Assembly: GCA_963812135.1 (NCBI GenBank)
Contig: CAWETU010000001.1
Span: forward strand, 1,664,001-1,728,000
From: Vulcanimicrobiota bacterium
GTDB lineage: Bacteria; Vulcanimicrobiota; Vulcanimicrobiia; Eremiobacterales; Eremiobacteraceae
DNA length: 64,000 nucleotides
Reading direction: 5' to 3'
Shown: positions 29,378 through 49,173 of the stretch, piece after piece
How the letters are laid out: every line of letters starts with the position of its first letter
Numbering within the stretch: the stretch's first letter is position 1
The notes under the pieces: generated by a model
Database searches by the model: none
What the model was told of the DNA's origin: nothing
The model's input: the letters and a program-made list of their open reading frames with translations, nothing else
Position numbers and translations under genes: made by a program

Positions 29378-30241
29378 TTACGTTCCCTCCGGCTTGGCGG
29401 CTTCGACCGGCGGCGTGGCTTCGACGGCGGCCTCGGTCGTCACCGGCGTGGCACCTTCAACAGGCGCTGGCGCGGCTTCGACCGGCGGCGCGCCGACGGC
29501 GGCCTCGGTGGTCACTGGAGCTGCCGGCGTCGCACCGTCCGCAGGCGTTTCTGCTTTTGGCCGGCGTGGGCGCCGCTCGCGCGGACGCAGATCTTGTTCT
29601 TGCTTGGGCCGTCCATCGGGGAGCACTTCTCCGAGATAGATCCACACTTTGACGCCGATGCGGCCGTAGGTGGTGTACGCCTCGACCTGCGCGTAGTCGA
29701 TGTTGGCGCGCAGCGTGTGCAGCGGCACCTTGCCTTCGAAGTTGCGCTCGACGCGCGCGATCTCGGCGCCGCCGAGGCGTCCGCCGCATTGCACTTTGAT
29801 GCCGCGCGCGCCGGCTTTCATGGTGCGTTGGATCGCCTGGCGCATGGCGCGCCGGAACGCGATGCGCTTCTCGAGCTGGTCGATGATATTGTTGGCGACG
29901 AGCTTCGAGTCGAGCTCGGGGTGCTTGATCTCGATGACGTTGACGTTGACCGGCTTGCCGACGACGCGCTCGAGCTTCTTGCGCAGGTCTTCGATGCCGG
30001 CGCCGCGCTTGCCGATGATGATGCCCGGCTTCGCGGTGTTGATCACAACGCGCACCTGGTTGGCGCGCCGCTCGATCTGCACGCGCGACACGCCGGCCGA
30101 ACGCGACAGTTCGTCGATGACGGCGCGGATGCGCAGGTCCTCGTGCAGCTTATCTTTATATTGCTTGCCCTCGAACCAGAGCGAATCCCACGTGCGGACG
30201 ATGCCCAGGCGCATGCCGATGGGGTTGACCTTCTGACCCAT
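29378..30241 (-). CDS. rpsC: 30S ribosomal protein S3 with Ala/Pro/Glu/Thr C-terminal tail
   Basis: [33 protein letters not shown]. Confidence 0.97.
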   Translation of the reverse strand: MGQKVNPIGMRLGIVRTWDSLWFEGKQYKDKLHEDLRIRAVIDELSRSAGVSRVQIERRANQVRVVINTAKPGIIIGKRGAGIEDLRKKLERVVGKPVNVNVIEIKHPELDSKLVANNIIDQLEKRIAFRRAMRQAIQRTMKAGARGIKVQCGGRLGGAEIARVERNFEGKVPLHTLRANIDYAQVEAYTTYGRIGVKVWIYLGEVLPDGRPKQEQDLRPRERRPRRPKAETPADGATPAAPVTTEAAVGAPPVEAAPAPVEGATPVTTEAAVEATPPVEAAKPEGT

Positions 30242-30242
30242 G

Positions 30243-30584
30243 CTAGCTGCCTTCCCCGTCCGACACGGTGATGGTCACGTGTGACATTCTCTTCCTTTTC
30301 AGACCTGCCGACCCGCGCGCGCGCGCTTCGACGCGTTTGAACATCGGGCCGCCGTCGACCGTCGCCGTGGCGATGATCAGATCGCCGGGCTTCATGCCGT
30401 GGTTGTTCTCGGCGTTCGCGGCCGCCGATTGCACCAGTTTGCGGATCGCCTTGCTCGCCTCGAGCGTCGAGAACGACAGCTCGACCAGCGCGCGATCGAC
30501 CCGCTTGCCGCGAATCACGTCGACGACGCGACGCGCCTTGCGCGGCGGGACCTTCAGGAACTTCACGGTTGCCTGTGCTTGCAT
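30243..30584 (-). CDS. rplV: 50S ribosomal protein L22
   Basis: PRKAR.V.D.IRG, SAAANA, SHVTI; start corrected to 30584. Confidence 0.96.
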   Translation of the reverse strand: MQAQATVKFLKVPPRKARRVVDVIRGKRVDRALVELSFSTLEASKAIRKLVQSAAANAENNHGMKPGDLIIATATVDGGPMFKRVEARARGSAGLKRKRMSHVTITVSDGEGS

Positions 30585-30586
30585 GA

Positions 30587-30895
30587 TTACTTGATCACCG
30601 CGGGGGCCGCGGTCGCGGTGGCTTCGGCCTTGGCTGCGCCTTGGCCGTGACCGCGGAAGATGCGCGTCGGCGCGAATTCGCCGAGCTTGTGACCGACCAT
30701 GTTCTCTTGCACGTACACGGGCACGTGCTTGCGGCCGTCGTGCACGGCGATCGTGTGGCCGACCATGGCGGGCACGATCGTCGACGCGCGCGACCACGTC
30801 TTGATGACCTTTTTCTCGCGCGTCGAATTCATCTTCTCGATCTTGGCGAGCAGATGGTCGGCGATGAACGGTCCTTTTCTGATCGAACGGCTCAT
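30587..30895 (-). CDS. rpsS: 30S ribosomal protein S19
   Basis: [23 protein letters not shown]; start corrected to 30895. Confidence 0.97.
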   Translation of the reverse strand: MSRSIRKGPFIADHLLAKIEKMNSTREKKVIKTWSRASTIVPAMVGHTIAVHDGRKHVPVYVQENMVGHKLGEFAPTRIFRGHGQGAAKAEATATAAPAVIK

Positions 30896-31719
30896 TTTTT
30901 GCTCCGGCGTTTCACGATGAATTTGTTGGTGCGCTTGTTGCGGCGCGTCTTTTTGCCCATGGTCATCACGCCCCACGGCGTTGTGGGCGGACGGCCCGCG
31001 GTCGAGCGCGCCTCGCCGCCGCCGTGCGGATGGTCGACCGGGTTCATGGCGATGCCGCGGACCTGCGGACGGCGTCCGAGCCAGCGGATGCGCCCGGCCT
31101 TGCCGATCACTTGGTTCTCATGCTCCAAGTTGCCGAGCTGGCCGATCGTCGCGCGGCACGTCACCGCGATCATGCGCACTTCGCCCGAAGGCATGCGCAC
31201 CTGCGCGTACTCGCCTTCCTTGGCCATCAGCTGCGCGGCGCCGCCGGCGCTGCGCACCAGCTTGCCGCCGCCGCCGGGCGTCATCTCGATGTTGTGGATG
31301 ATGGTGCCCAACGGAATGGAGGAAAGCGGCAGCGCGTTGCCCGTCTTGATGTCCGCTTCTGGGCCAGACAGGACGACGTCGTTGACCGCTAAGCCGAGCG
31401 GCGCCAAGATGTAGCGCTTCTCGCCGTCGCGGTAATGCAGTAGCGCGATGCGCGCCGAGCGGTTGGGATCGTATTCGATCGCCGCGACGCGGGCGGGCAC
31501 GCCGTCCTTGCGGCGTACGAAATCGATCCGCCGGTACATCTGCTTGTGTCCGCCGCCACGATGGCGCACGGTGATATGCCCGTTGAAGTTGCGCCCCGCG
31601 TGCTTTTGCTGCGACTCGATGAGCGCGTTCTCGGGCTTGCTCTTGGTGATGTCGTCGAACGCCGTGATCGTCATGAAGCGGCGTCCAGGCGAGGTCGGTT
31701 TGAATTTCTTTATCGCCAT
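30892..31719 (-). CDS. rplB: 50S ribosomal protein L2
   Basis: [20 protein letters not shown]. Confidence 0.98.
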   Translation of the reverse strand: MAIKKFKPTSPGRRFMTITAFDDITKSKPENALIESQQKHAGRNFNGHITVRHRGGGHKQMYRRIDFVRRKDGVPARVAAIEYDPNRSARIALLHYRDGEKRYILAPLGLAVNDVVLSGPEADIKTGNALPLSSIPLGTIIHNIEMTPGGGGKLVRSAGGAAQLMAKEGEYAQVRMPSGEVRMIAVTCRATIGQLGNLEHENQVIGKAGRIRWLGRRPQVRGIAMNPVDHPHGGGEARSTAGRPPTTPWGVMTMGKKTRRNKRTNKFIVKRRSKK

Positions 31720-31720
31720 C

Positions 31721-32035
31721 TTAAGACTCGAAGTAGTTCACGCCGCCGAGCTCGATCTTGTCGCCCTCTTTGAGCGTCACGATCGCCTTCTTCCAGGCGC
31801 TCTGCATTTCGACGGGACGGCGCGTCGGGCGGCGCATGTTGCGCCCCGATTTCGCCGGCACGCTGACCGTGTTCACGCGCAACACCGTCACCTTGAACAG
31901 GCTCTCGACGGCTGCTTTGATGTGATGCTTGTTGGCGCGCTTGTCGACTTCAAACGCGTATTGGCCGCGCCCCGTGCCGGCCACCGACTTCTCGGTGACG
32001 AGCGGGCGCTTCACGACGCGACGCAGTTCAGGCAC
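31721..32035 (-). CDS. rplW: 50S ribosomal protein L23
   Basis: PLVTEKS, IK.AVE.LF.V.V..VNT, KKAIVTL. Confidence 0.96.
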   Translation of the reverse strand: MPELRRVVKRPLVTEKSVAGTGRGQYAFEVDKRANKHHIKAAVESLFKVTVLRVNTVSVPAKSGRNMRRPTRRPVEMQSAWKKAIVTLKEGDKIELGGVNYFES

Positions 32036-32681
32036 TGAGCACCTCCGCCAGCGCTTCGTACGCGTTCTTGGTGAAGATCACGCGGTCGTGCGCGAGCAGC
32101 GCATGCGCGCTCACGCCGCCATACGGCACGATCGTCACGCGCCGCACGTTGCGGCCCGCCTGCCTGATCTCTTGAGCGTGCTCGTCCTTCTCGGTATGCA
32201 GCACGAACAGCACTTTATTGCGCGCGTCGGCTGCGTCGGAGCGCTCGAGGATCTCGATGAATTCTTTGGTCTTCGCCGGCTTGAGACCGGCCGCGTCGAT
32301 CACGCTGATGCCGCCGTCCGCGGCTTTGGCCGCCACGGCCATGCCGAGCGCCGCACGCCGCGCGCTGCGGTTCATCGCGATGTTGTACGAGCGCGGATGC
32401 GGACCGAACACGACGCCGCCTTTGCGCCACAGCGGTGAACGGATGCTGCCGGCGCGGGCGCGTCCCGTCCCTTTTTGGCGCCACGGCTTCTTGCCGCCGC
32501 CGCGCACGTCGTCGCGTCGCTTCGTGTCGGCCGTTCCGGCGCGGCGATTGGCGAGATGGCGCATGACCGCGAAATGCAGCACGGCCGTCTTGGGCTCGCG
32601 CGCGAACGCCGCCGGCACGTCGATCGATCCGACCGCTTTGCCCGATCCGTCGAGCAGCGGGAATTTCGTATCGGCCGTCAT
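32028..32681 (-). CDS. rplD: 50S ribosomal protein L4
   Basis: GGGKKPWRQKGTGRARAGS.RSP, FGP.PR. Confidence 0.97.
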   Translation of the reverse strand: MTADTKFPLLDGSGKAVGSIDVPAAFAREPKTAVLHFAVMRHLANRRAGTADTKRRDDVRGGGKKPWRQKGTGRARAGSIRSPLWRKGGVVFGPHPRSYNIAMNRSARRAALGMAVAAKAADGGISVIDAAGLKPAKTKEFIEILERSDAADARNKVLFVLHTEKDEHAQEIRQAGRNVRRVTIVPYGGVSAHALLAHDRVIFTKNAYEALAEVLSA

Positions 32682-33307
32682 TTCGCTTTCGCTTTCACGG
32701 ATGAGCGCACGAGCACCAGGGTGTTGCGTCCACCCGGCACCGTGCCGCGCACCAGCAAGAGGTTGCGTTCGGCGTCGGCGCTGACGACTTCGAGGTTCAG
32801 CGAGGTGACGCGCTCCACGCCGAGGTGGCCCGGACGGTGACTGCCTTTGACGGTCTTGGCCGCATTGGTGTCGCCGTTCGATGCGGGCTGGCGGTGGATC
32901 ATCGAGCCGTGGCTTGCGCCGCCGCCCGAACCGTTCCAGCGCTTGATGATGCCGGCGTAACCGCGGCCTTTGCTCGTGCCGATGACGTCGACTTTGTCGC
33001 CGGTCGCGAACTCGCCGACGGTGACCGTGTCGCCGGCTTTGGTCTCGCCGAGGTCCGTGCGGAACTCACGCAGCACCGCCTTGGGCGCTGTGTTGAGCTT
33101 CTCGAAACGTCCGCGCTGCGGCTTGGTCAGCTGTTTGTGCTTGGCATCTTCGAAGCCGAGCACGACAGCCTCGTAGCCGTCTTTCTCGCGTTGCTTGCGC
33201 TCGATCACCGAGCACGGGCCGGCCGCGATCACGGTGACGGGCACGTAGCGTCCGTCTTCCGTGAACACGTTGGTCATCCCGAGCTTGCGACCGATGATGT
33301 TCTTCAT
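32678..33307 (-). CDS. rplC: 50S ribosomal protein L3
   Basis: GRKLGMT, DGYEAV, SKGRG..G..KRW, VPG. Confidence 0.97.
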   Translation of the reverse strand: MKNIIGRKLGMTNVFTEDGRYVPVTVIAAGPCSVIERKQREKDGYEAVVLGFEDAKHKQLTKPQRGRFEKLNTAPKAVLREFRTDLGETKAGDTVTVGEFATGDKVDVIGTSKGRGYAGIIKRWNGSGGGASHGSMIHRQPASNGDTNAAKTVKGSHRPGHLGVERVTSLNLEVVSADAERNLLLVRGTVPGGRNTLVLVRSSVKAKAK

Positions 33308-33312
33308 GTCCT

Positions 33313-33621
33313 TTAGGCTTTCAGTTCGATGTCGACGCCCGCCGGCAAGTCGAGGTGCATCAACGCATCCATCGTCTTGGCGGAGGCTTGGAGTATGTCG
33401 ATCAAGCGCTTGTGCGTGCGGATCTCAAAGTGCTCGCGGCTCTTCTTGTCCACGTGCGGCGAGCGCAGGACGCACCAGCGATTGATCTCGGTCGGCAGCG
33501 GCACCGGGCCGCTGATGAACGCGCCGGTGCGCTTGGCCGTCTCGACGATGCGCTCGGCCGACTGATCGAGGATCTTGTGGTCGTACGCGCGCAACCGGAT
33601 GCGGATCTTCTGGCGTGCCAT
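33313..33621 (-). CDS. rpsJ: 30S ribosomal protein S10
   Basis: [28 protein letters not shown]. Confidence 0.97.
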   Translation of the reverse strand: MARQKIRIRLRAYDHKILDQSAERIVETAKRTGAFISGPVPLPTEINRWCVLRSPHVDKKSREHFEIRTHKRLIDILQASAKTMDALMHLDLPAGVDIELKA

Positions 33622-33622
33622 G

Positions 33623-34816
33623 CTACTCGATCACCTTGGTGATGACGCCCGCGCCGACCGTGCGGCCGCCCTCGCGGATCGCGAAGCGCAAGCCCTCTTC
33701 CGCCGCGATCGGCGTGATCAGCTCCACGTTCATCTTCACGTTGTCGCCGGGCATCACCATCTCGACGCCTTCGGGCAGCGTGATCGAACCCGTCACGTCG
33801 GTCGTCCGGAAGTAGAACTGCGGACGGTAGTTCGAGAAGAACGGCGTGTGACGGCCACCCTCGTCCTTGGAGAGCACGTACACTTCCGATTCGAATTTCT
33901 TGTGCGGCTTGATGCTGCCCGGTTTGGCCAGCACCTGGCCGCGCTCGATGTCGTCGCGCTCGATGCCGCGCAGCAGCACGCCCACGTTGTCGCCCGCGAT
34001 GCCCTCGTCGAGCAGCTTGCGGAACATCTCGATGCCCGTCACCACCGACTTCTTGGACTCGCGGAAACCCACGATCTCCACTTCGTCGCCCACCTTGACC
34101 CGGCCGCGCTCCACGCGACCCGTGCCAACCGTGCCGCGACCGGTGATCGTGAACACGTCTTCCACCGGCATCAGGAACGGTTTATCCACGTCGCGCTGCG
34201 GCACAGGGATGTACTTGTCCACTGCATCCATCAGCGCGAGGATCCTGTCCGTCCACTCGCCCTTGGTCGTCTCTTCCAGCGCTTTGAGCGCTGACCCGCG
34301 GATGACCGGGATCTCCTGGCCGGGGAACTTGTAGGCTGAGAGCAGCTCGCGCACTTCTAGCTCCACCAGGTCGATCAGCTCGGGGTCGTCCACCATGTCC
34401 ACTTTGTTGAGGAACACGACCAAGTAGGGCACGCCCACTTGGCGCGCCAGCAAGATGTGCTCGCGCGTCTGCGGCATCGGGCCGTCCGCCGCCGACACCA
34501 CCAAGATCGCGCCGTCCATCTGCGCTGCGCCGGTGATCATGTTCTTGATGTAGTCCGCGTGACCGGGCGCGTCCACGTGGCTGTAGTGGCGCTCCTTGGT
34601 CTCGTATTCGGCGTGATACAGCTGGATCGTGATACCGCGCTCTTTCTCTTCGGGCGCGTTATCGATCTGATCCACCACCAGCTTCTTGGTCCCCGTGCCG
34701 GCCTCGGCCAGCACCTTGGTGATCGCCGCCGTCAACGTCGTTTTGCCATGGTCCACGTGACCGATCGTGCCGATGTTCACGTGCGGCTTGTTGCGTTGAT
34801 ACTTTTCCTTGGCCAT
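33623..34816 (-). CDS. tuf: Elongation factor Tu
   Basis: [39 protein letters not shown]. Confidence 0.98.
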   Translation of the reverse strand: MAKEKYQRNKPHVNIGTIGHVDHGKTTLTAAITKVLAEAGTGTKKLVVDQIDNAPEEKERGITIQLYHAEYETKERHYSHVDAPGHADYIKNMITGAAQMDGAILVVSAADGPMPQTREHILLARQVGVPYLVVFLNKVDMVDDPELIDLVELEVRELLSAYKFPGQEIPVIRGSALKALEETTKGEWTDRILALMDAVDKYIPVPQRDVDKPFLMPVEDVFTITGRGTVGTGRVERGRVKVGDEVEIVGFRESKKSVVTGIEMFRKLLDEGIAGDNVGVLLRGIERDDIERGQVLAKPGSIKPHKKFESEVYVLSKDEGGRHTPFFSNYRPQFYFRTTDVTGSITLPEGVEMVMPGDNVKMNVELITPIAAEEGLRFAIREGGRTVGAGVITKVIE

Positions 34817-34834
34817 TTTCTTTCGTCTCCGTCG

Positions 34835-36963
<2,129 letters not shown>

Positions 36964-36967
<4 letters not shown>

Positions 36968-37434
36968 CAGCGATAGTGGGCGAACGCTTTGTTCGCCTCG
37001 GCCATGCGGTGTGTGTCCTCGCGCTTCTTCACTGCCTGACCCTGGTTGCCGGCGGCATCCATGATCTCAGCCGCGAGCTTGTCGGCCATCGTCCGCCCCG
37101 GGCGTGAACGCGCGAATTGGATGAGCCAGCGCATGCCCATCGCCTGACGGCGATCCGGGCGCACTTCCATCGGCACTTGATAGGTCGCACCGCCGACGCG
37201 CCGCGGCCGCACTTCGATGAGCGGCATCGCGTTGTTGAGCGCCTGCGTGAAAACTTCCATCGGGTCCTTGCTCGTCTTGCCTTGCACGATGTCGAACGCG
37301 CCATAGACGATGCCTTCCGCGGTGCTCTTCTTGCCGCGGAGCATGATCTTGTTGATGAAGCGCGCCATGGTCCGCGAGTTGTAACGCGGGTCGGGCAGCA
37401 CTTGGCGTTTCGGCGCCGGTCCTTTACGAGGCAT
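36964..37434 (-). CDS. rpsG: 30S ribosomal protein S7
   Basis: [30 protein letters not shown]. Confidence 0.98.
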
Positions 37435-37454
37435 ATCTTCCTTTTATAGTGAGG

Positions 37455-37892
37455 CTATTTCGGGCGCTTGGCGCCGTACTTGGAGCGCGATTGTTTGCGG
37501 TTCTGCACGCCTTGCGTGTCGAGCGTGCCGCGGATGATGTGGTAGCGGATGCCCGGCAGATCTTTCACGCGGCCACCGCGGATGAGCACCACCGAGTGCT
37601 CTTGCAGGTTGTGGCCGATGCCGGGGATGTAGGCGGTGACTTCGATGCCGTTGGTCAGCCGCACGCGCGCGACTTTGCGCAGCGCGGAGTTCGGCTTCTT
37701 CGGCGTGATCGTCTTGACTTGGGTGCACACGCCGCGCCGCTGCGGGTTGCCCTTTTTGATCAGCTTCGTGCGTTGCGGCAAGTCGGGGTGGCCAGGCTTG
37801 GCTCCGGTCAGCGAGACCAGGAACGCCGGCGACTTCGACTTTTTCTTGACCTTCTCGCGCCCGCGGCGCACCAACTGACTGATTGTTGGCAA
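37455..37892 (-). CDS. rpsL: 30S ribosomal protein S12 with long N-terminal insert
   Basis: [30 protein letters not shown] start. Confidence 0.97.
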   Translation of the reverse strand: MPTISQLVRRGREKVKKKSKSPAFLVSLTGAKPGHPDLPQRTKLIKKGNPQRRGVCTQVKTITPKKPNSALRKVARVRLTNGIEVTAYIPGIGHNLQEHSVVLIRGGRVKDLPGIRYHIIRGTLDTQGVQNRKQSRSKYGAKRPK

Positions 37893-38117
37893 GACAACCC
37901 CTCGTGAATCATCGCTGTCGTAGAAAACAAAGAAGACAACGCGCGCGCGGCGCCGCTGCCTCTCCCTGGGGTGTCCCGCCTTTGGAGCCTAGTTTTGGTC
38001 GCTAATGCCGGTGGGGATCAAACCTCCGGGGATTTTTTCCTACCGGCAGGCGCCTGAGCGCCTGGGCCGGTTCGGATGAGTGCGGACGTCCCTATGGGAC
38101 ACCCGCCCAACCAAAGT

Positions 38118-38146
38118 ATTTTACCAGGAAGGGTGCCTGGGGTCAA
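38118..38146 (-). promoter_or_regulatory. Sigma-70/A promoter of the ribosomal superoperon
   Basis: Minus strand TTGACC-N17-TAAAAT with TGn extension. Confidence 0.8.
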
Positions 38147-38171
38147 GCCGCGCGGGCCGGGTGCCCGTAGC

Positions 38172-38855
38172 TTACGTCGCGAGAAGTGCCGGTAATTGTT
38201 CGAGTGCGGTGATCGTCGCGTCCGGCGCGGGGATCCCGTCCGGGTACCGCGCGTCTTCTAGGTCGGCCCACACGGCTCGCAATCCTGCGGCTTTGGCACC
38301 AGCGACGTCGACGCTCGGGTTGTCGCCGACGTAGATCGTTGTCTGTGCGCTCATCGAGAAACGCTGCAATGCGATCTGGAAGGCGCGCGCGTCTGGCTTC
38401 CACGCGCCGATCTCTTCGGACGCGAGCACGGGGCCTTGGAATCCGATGATTTCGGCCTTGCGATGCTGCAGCTCGGTCCAGCCGTTGCTCAAAATGCCGA
38501 GCGCGAAGCCACGCGATTTCAACGCCTCGAGCATTGTTTCTGCGCCGGGCATCGGACGAACGCGCTCGGGCGCGAGTGTTAACACCTGACTCCGAAACGT
38601 CGCGATGGCGGCTGCCAGCCGCTCGGGCGGACAACCCAGCTCGCGCAGTCCGTCGCCGAGCGCCTGATCCAACGCCACGGGCGTGTAACGAAAGCGATCG
38701 AGTACGGTTTGGATTTGATCGTCGTTCGGCGCGCGTTGACAAAACGTCGCCGCGATCTCCCGAACGACGGAGAATTCGAGCTTGTTGTCGACGCCCAGCG
38801 TGTGGTCGAAATCGAAGAGGACGGCGTTGACGTCCCGGATCATGCGCTCCGGCAT
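38172..38855 (-). CDS. HAD-superfamily hydrolase (subfamily IA)
   Basis: FDFDHTL, LSNG, KPD, VGDN...DV.GA. Confidence 0.9.
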   Translation of the reverse strand: MPERMIRDVNAVLFDFDHTLGVDNKLEFSVVREIAATFCQRAPNDDQIQTVLDRFRYTPVALDQALGDGLRELGCPPERLAAAIATFRSQVLTLAPERVRPMPGAETMLEALKSRGFALGILSNGWTELQHRKAEIIGFQGPVLASEEIGAWKPDARAFQIALQRFSMSAQTTIYVGDNPSVDVAGAKAAGLRAVWADLEDARYPDGIPAPDATITALEQLPALLAT

Positions 38856-38914
38856 TGTCTGCGGCCTCTACGATGCCCTTGGCGAACGGCGTGGGCGCGG
38901 GTAAGATAGGAGGG

Positions 38915-39940
38915 ATGTCACGACCTCGCATCGCGATGCTCGCTCCGATCGCCTGGCGCGTTCCACCGCGGCACTACGGGCCCTGGGAATACGTCGTCTC
39001 ACTGCTCACCGAGGGGCTGGTGGAGCGCGGCGTCGACGTGACGTTGTTCGCCACCGCCGATTCGCAGACGCGCGCCGCGCTGTGCGCAGTCGCGCCGCGC
39101 CCGTACGAAGAGGACAAGACGCTCAATCCCAAAGTGTGGGAGTGCCTGCATATCGCCAACGCCTTCGAACGCGCAGGCGAGTTCGACCTCATCCACAACC
39201 ACTTCGATTTCTTGCCGCTTAGCTATAGCGGGCTCGTCCGCACGCCGGTGCTGACGACGATCCATGGCTTTTCCTCAAAGACCATCCTGCCGGCGTACCA
39301 GCGATACAACGGCCGCCAGCACTACGTCTCGATCAGCGACGCCGATCGAGATCCGAGCCTGACCTACTTGGCCACCATCTACCACGGCATCCCGCTGCAC
39401 GAGTACACGTTCCGGCCCGATGCCGGCGACTATCTGCTGTTCTTCGGACGCATCCATCCAGACAAGGGCACCGCCGAAGCGATCGAGGTGGCGCGTTTGG
39501 CGAACCGCCGGCTGGTGATCGCCGGGATCATCCACGATCGTGGGTACTTCGATCGGTTCGTCGCGCCGGCGCTCGAACCGGGGGTCGTCGATTACATCGG
39601 TCCTGTCGAGCCCGCCGGGCGCGACGCGTTGCTCGGTGGCGCGTACGCGCTGCTGCACCTCGTGAATTTCGCCGAACCGTTCGGTCTGAGCATGATCGAG
39701 GCGATGGCATGCGGCACGCCGGTCGTCGCCTTTGGCCGCGGCTCGGTGCCCGAGATCGTGCGCGATGGCGTCACCGGTTTCGTCGTTACGTCGGTCGATG
39801 AAGCGGTCGAGCGGTTGTCGCAGATCACGGATCTCGATCGGGCGGCGATCCGCGCCGACGCGCAGATCCGCTTCGATCGCTCGCGCATGGTCGACGACTA
39901 CCTGCGCGCCTACGATGCGATGCTGGCAGTCCGCGCGTGA
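38915..39940 (+). CDS. Glycosyltransferase family 4
   Basis: PPRHYGPWE, GRI..DKG, EPFGLSMIEAMACGTPV; start at ATG 38915. Confidence 0.93.
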   Translation: MSRPRIAMLAPIAWRVPPRHYGPWEYVVSLLTEGLVERGVDVTLFATADSQTRAALCAVAPRPYEEDKTLNPKVWECLHIANAFERAGEFDLIHNHFDFLPLSYSGLVRTPVLTTIHGFSSKTILPAYQRYNGRQHYVSISDADRDPSLTYLATIYHGIPLHEYTFRPDAGDYLLFFGRIHPDKGTAEAIEVARLANRRLVIAGIIHDRGYFDRFVAPALEPGVVDYIGPVEPAGRDALLGGAYALLHLVNFAEPFGLSMIEAMACGTPVVAFGRGSVPEIVRDGVTGFVVTSVDEAVERLSQITDLDRAAIRADAQIRFDRSRMVDDYLRAYDAMLAVRA

Positions 39941-41130
39941 GCGAGCGCTTTCGCCTGGGCGTCAATTATTGGCCGGCGCGCACCGGCATGTACTGGTGGT
40001 CGCACTTCGAGGCTGAGGATGTCAAACGCGACTTCGATCGGATCCGCAACGCGGGCATGGACTGCGCACGCATTTTCCTGATGTGGGAGGATTTCCAACC
40101 GAGACCGGACAGCGTGTCGCGCCGACACATCGAGCTGCTGCGCTACGTCTGCGAGGTAGCGTCAGGTAACGACCTCAAGCTGATCGTCACGCTATTCACC
40201 GGGCACATGAGCGGTGCGAACTTTCTACCCTTCTGGGCGCTGGCGCCAGGCGACGGCAAGTCCCGATTCCCCGTCGTCTCGAACGGCGACGTCAAGAACT
40301 CGCGACCGCGCGATTGGTACGCCGATTCAGAGGTCCGGCAAGCGCAAGCGCTGCTCGCGCTCGAGGTCGCGATCGCGCTTTCCGATCAACAGTCCGTCTG
40401 GGCTTATGATCTCGGCAACGAGAATTCAAACGTCGTCGTGCCGCACGACGTCCAAGCCGGCAGCGCTTGGCTTGGAATGATGCACGACGCGCTGCGCGAA
40501 GGCGATCATCATCGTCCGATCACGCTTGGCATGCACATGGAGGATCTCGAGGAAGACCGGCGCATCGGGCCTATCCAGGCTGCCGAGGTATGCGATTTTC
40601 TGAGCATGCACTGCTACCCCGTCTATACCGAATGGTGCACAGGCCCCACCGACGCGGTGCTGCTGCCCTTTCTTGCGCTCATCACGCAGTGGCTGGGCGG
40701 CAAGGACGTGCTCTTCGAGGAGTTCGGCGCGCCGACGCTCGATGACGACGACGAGGAAGCGCGCGCGTCGGGCGTGCCGTTGCTGGGTGAAGATCAAGCC
40801 GCCGCCTACACCGACGTCGCGCTCCGCCAGCTGCACGATTTCGGCACCAGCGGAGCCCTCGTCTGGTGCTTTAGCGACTACGATCGTCAGTTGTGGAAAG
40901 CGCCACCGCTCGACCGCGCGCCGCACGAACGGCACTTCGGGCTGTGGCGGGCGGACCGCTCTCCCAAACCGGCGCTCGAGGCCGTTGCGGCGCGTGCCGA
41001 TCTACTGCGCGGGGAGAAGATCGAGGATTACACGTGGATCGACATTGAGCGCGAGCGCTATTACGAACGGCCACGCGAGAACCTCGAGCGTTTGTACTCG
41101 CGCTTCCGCGAGCACTTCGACCTGAAATAG
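39937..41130 (+). CDS. Clan GH-A glycoside hydrolase (GH5-like)
   Basis: GVNYWP, RIFL.WEDFQP, DLGNE acid/base, MHCYP, EEFG nucleophile, W...D, ERHFGL. Confidence 0.82.
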   Translation: MSERFRLGVNYWPARTGMYWWSHFEAEDVKRDFDRIRNAGMDCARIFLMWEDFQPRPDSVSRRHIELLRYVCEVASGNDLKLIVTLFTGHMSGANFLPFWALAPGDGKSRFPVVSNGDVKNSRPRDWYADSEVRQAQALLALEVAIALSDQQSVWAYDLGNENSNVVVPHDVQAGSAWLGMMHDALREGDHHRPITLGMHMEDLEEDRRIGPIQAAEVCDFLSMHCYPVYTEWCTGPTDAVLLPFLALITQWLGGKDVLFEEFGAPTLDDDDEEARASGVPLLGEDQAAAYTDVALRQLHDFGTSGALVWCFSDYDRQLWKAPPLDRAPHERHFGLWRADRSPKPALEAVAARADLLRGEKIEDYTWIDIERERYYERPRENLERLYSRFREHFDLK

Positions 41131-41158
41131 AATAGCGCGCTCCGAAGAGCGCGCTATT
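41131..41158. terminator. Hairpin between convergent GH5 and rpoC (likely bidirectional terminator)
   Basis: AATAGCGCGCTC-CGAA-GAGCGCGCTATT, perfect 12-bp inverted repeat. Confidence 0.7.
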
Positions 41159-41168
41159 GTCGTGGGCT

Positions 41169-41188
41169 CGGTCGAGTAAACTCGACCG

Positions 41189-41192
<4 letters not shown>
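41169..41192 (-). repeat. GTAG-type REP-like palindrome, copy 1 (overlaps rpoC stop)
   Basis: GTAG-CGGTCGAG-TTTA-CTCGACCG. Confidence 0.7.
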
Positions 41193-44944
<3,752 letters not shown>

Positions 44945-44997
44945 TTACATCCCTTAGCAAGCCACATGTTATCGTCGTCGTATTGTTCTGTCTTCGT

Positions 44998-48816
<3,819 letters not shown>

Positions 48817-49033
48817 CTGATGTGGTTCTTACCTTTGCGGGCGGCGCGCACGGGTGAGCGGCGGCGAGCGTTGCTCGCCTTGCTATCTTATATAGAGTGG
48901 CGGTTTGTCGGCTGCTGCGTCAGGGGATGAAAAAGACGATACGCGGCGGGGTCCCGGCTGGGAGGTGGCGAGTCTGGCGTCGCTCACCACTCCTGTCGGT
49001 CGGCGCTATCGTCCCAAGGTGGCACAGACAAAC

Positions 49034-49061
49034 ATTATAGCATGAAATGCAAGCTTGTCAA
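49034..49061 (-). promoter_or_regulatory. Consensus sigma-70/A promoter for rpoBC
   Basis: Minus strand TTGACA-N16-TATAAT with TGn extension. Confidence 0.88.
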
Positions 49062-49173
49062 ACGGGACACGCGTGGGCTTGCGCGCGTCCTACTACTTAT
49101 TCGAGCTGGATGCTCCCGCGGATCAATTCGGCGGTCTGTCGCGCAAATCCCATATTGGGGGACATCGATTCAC

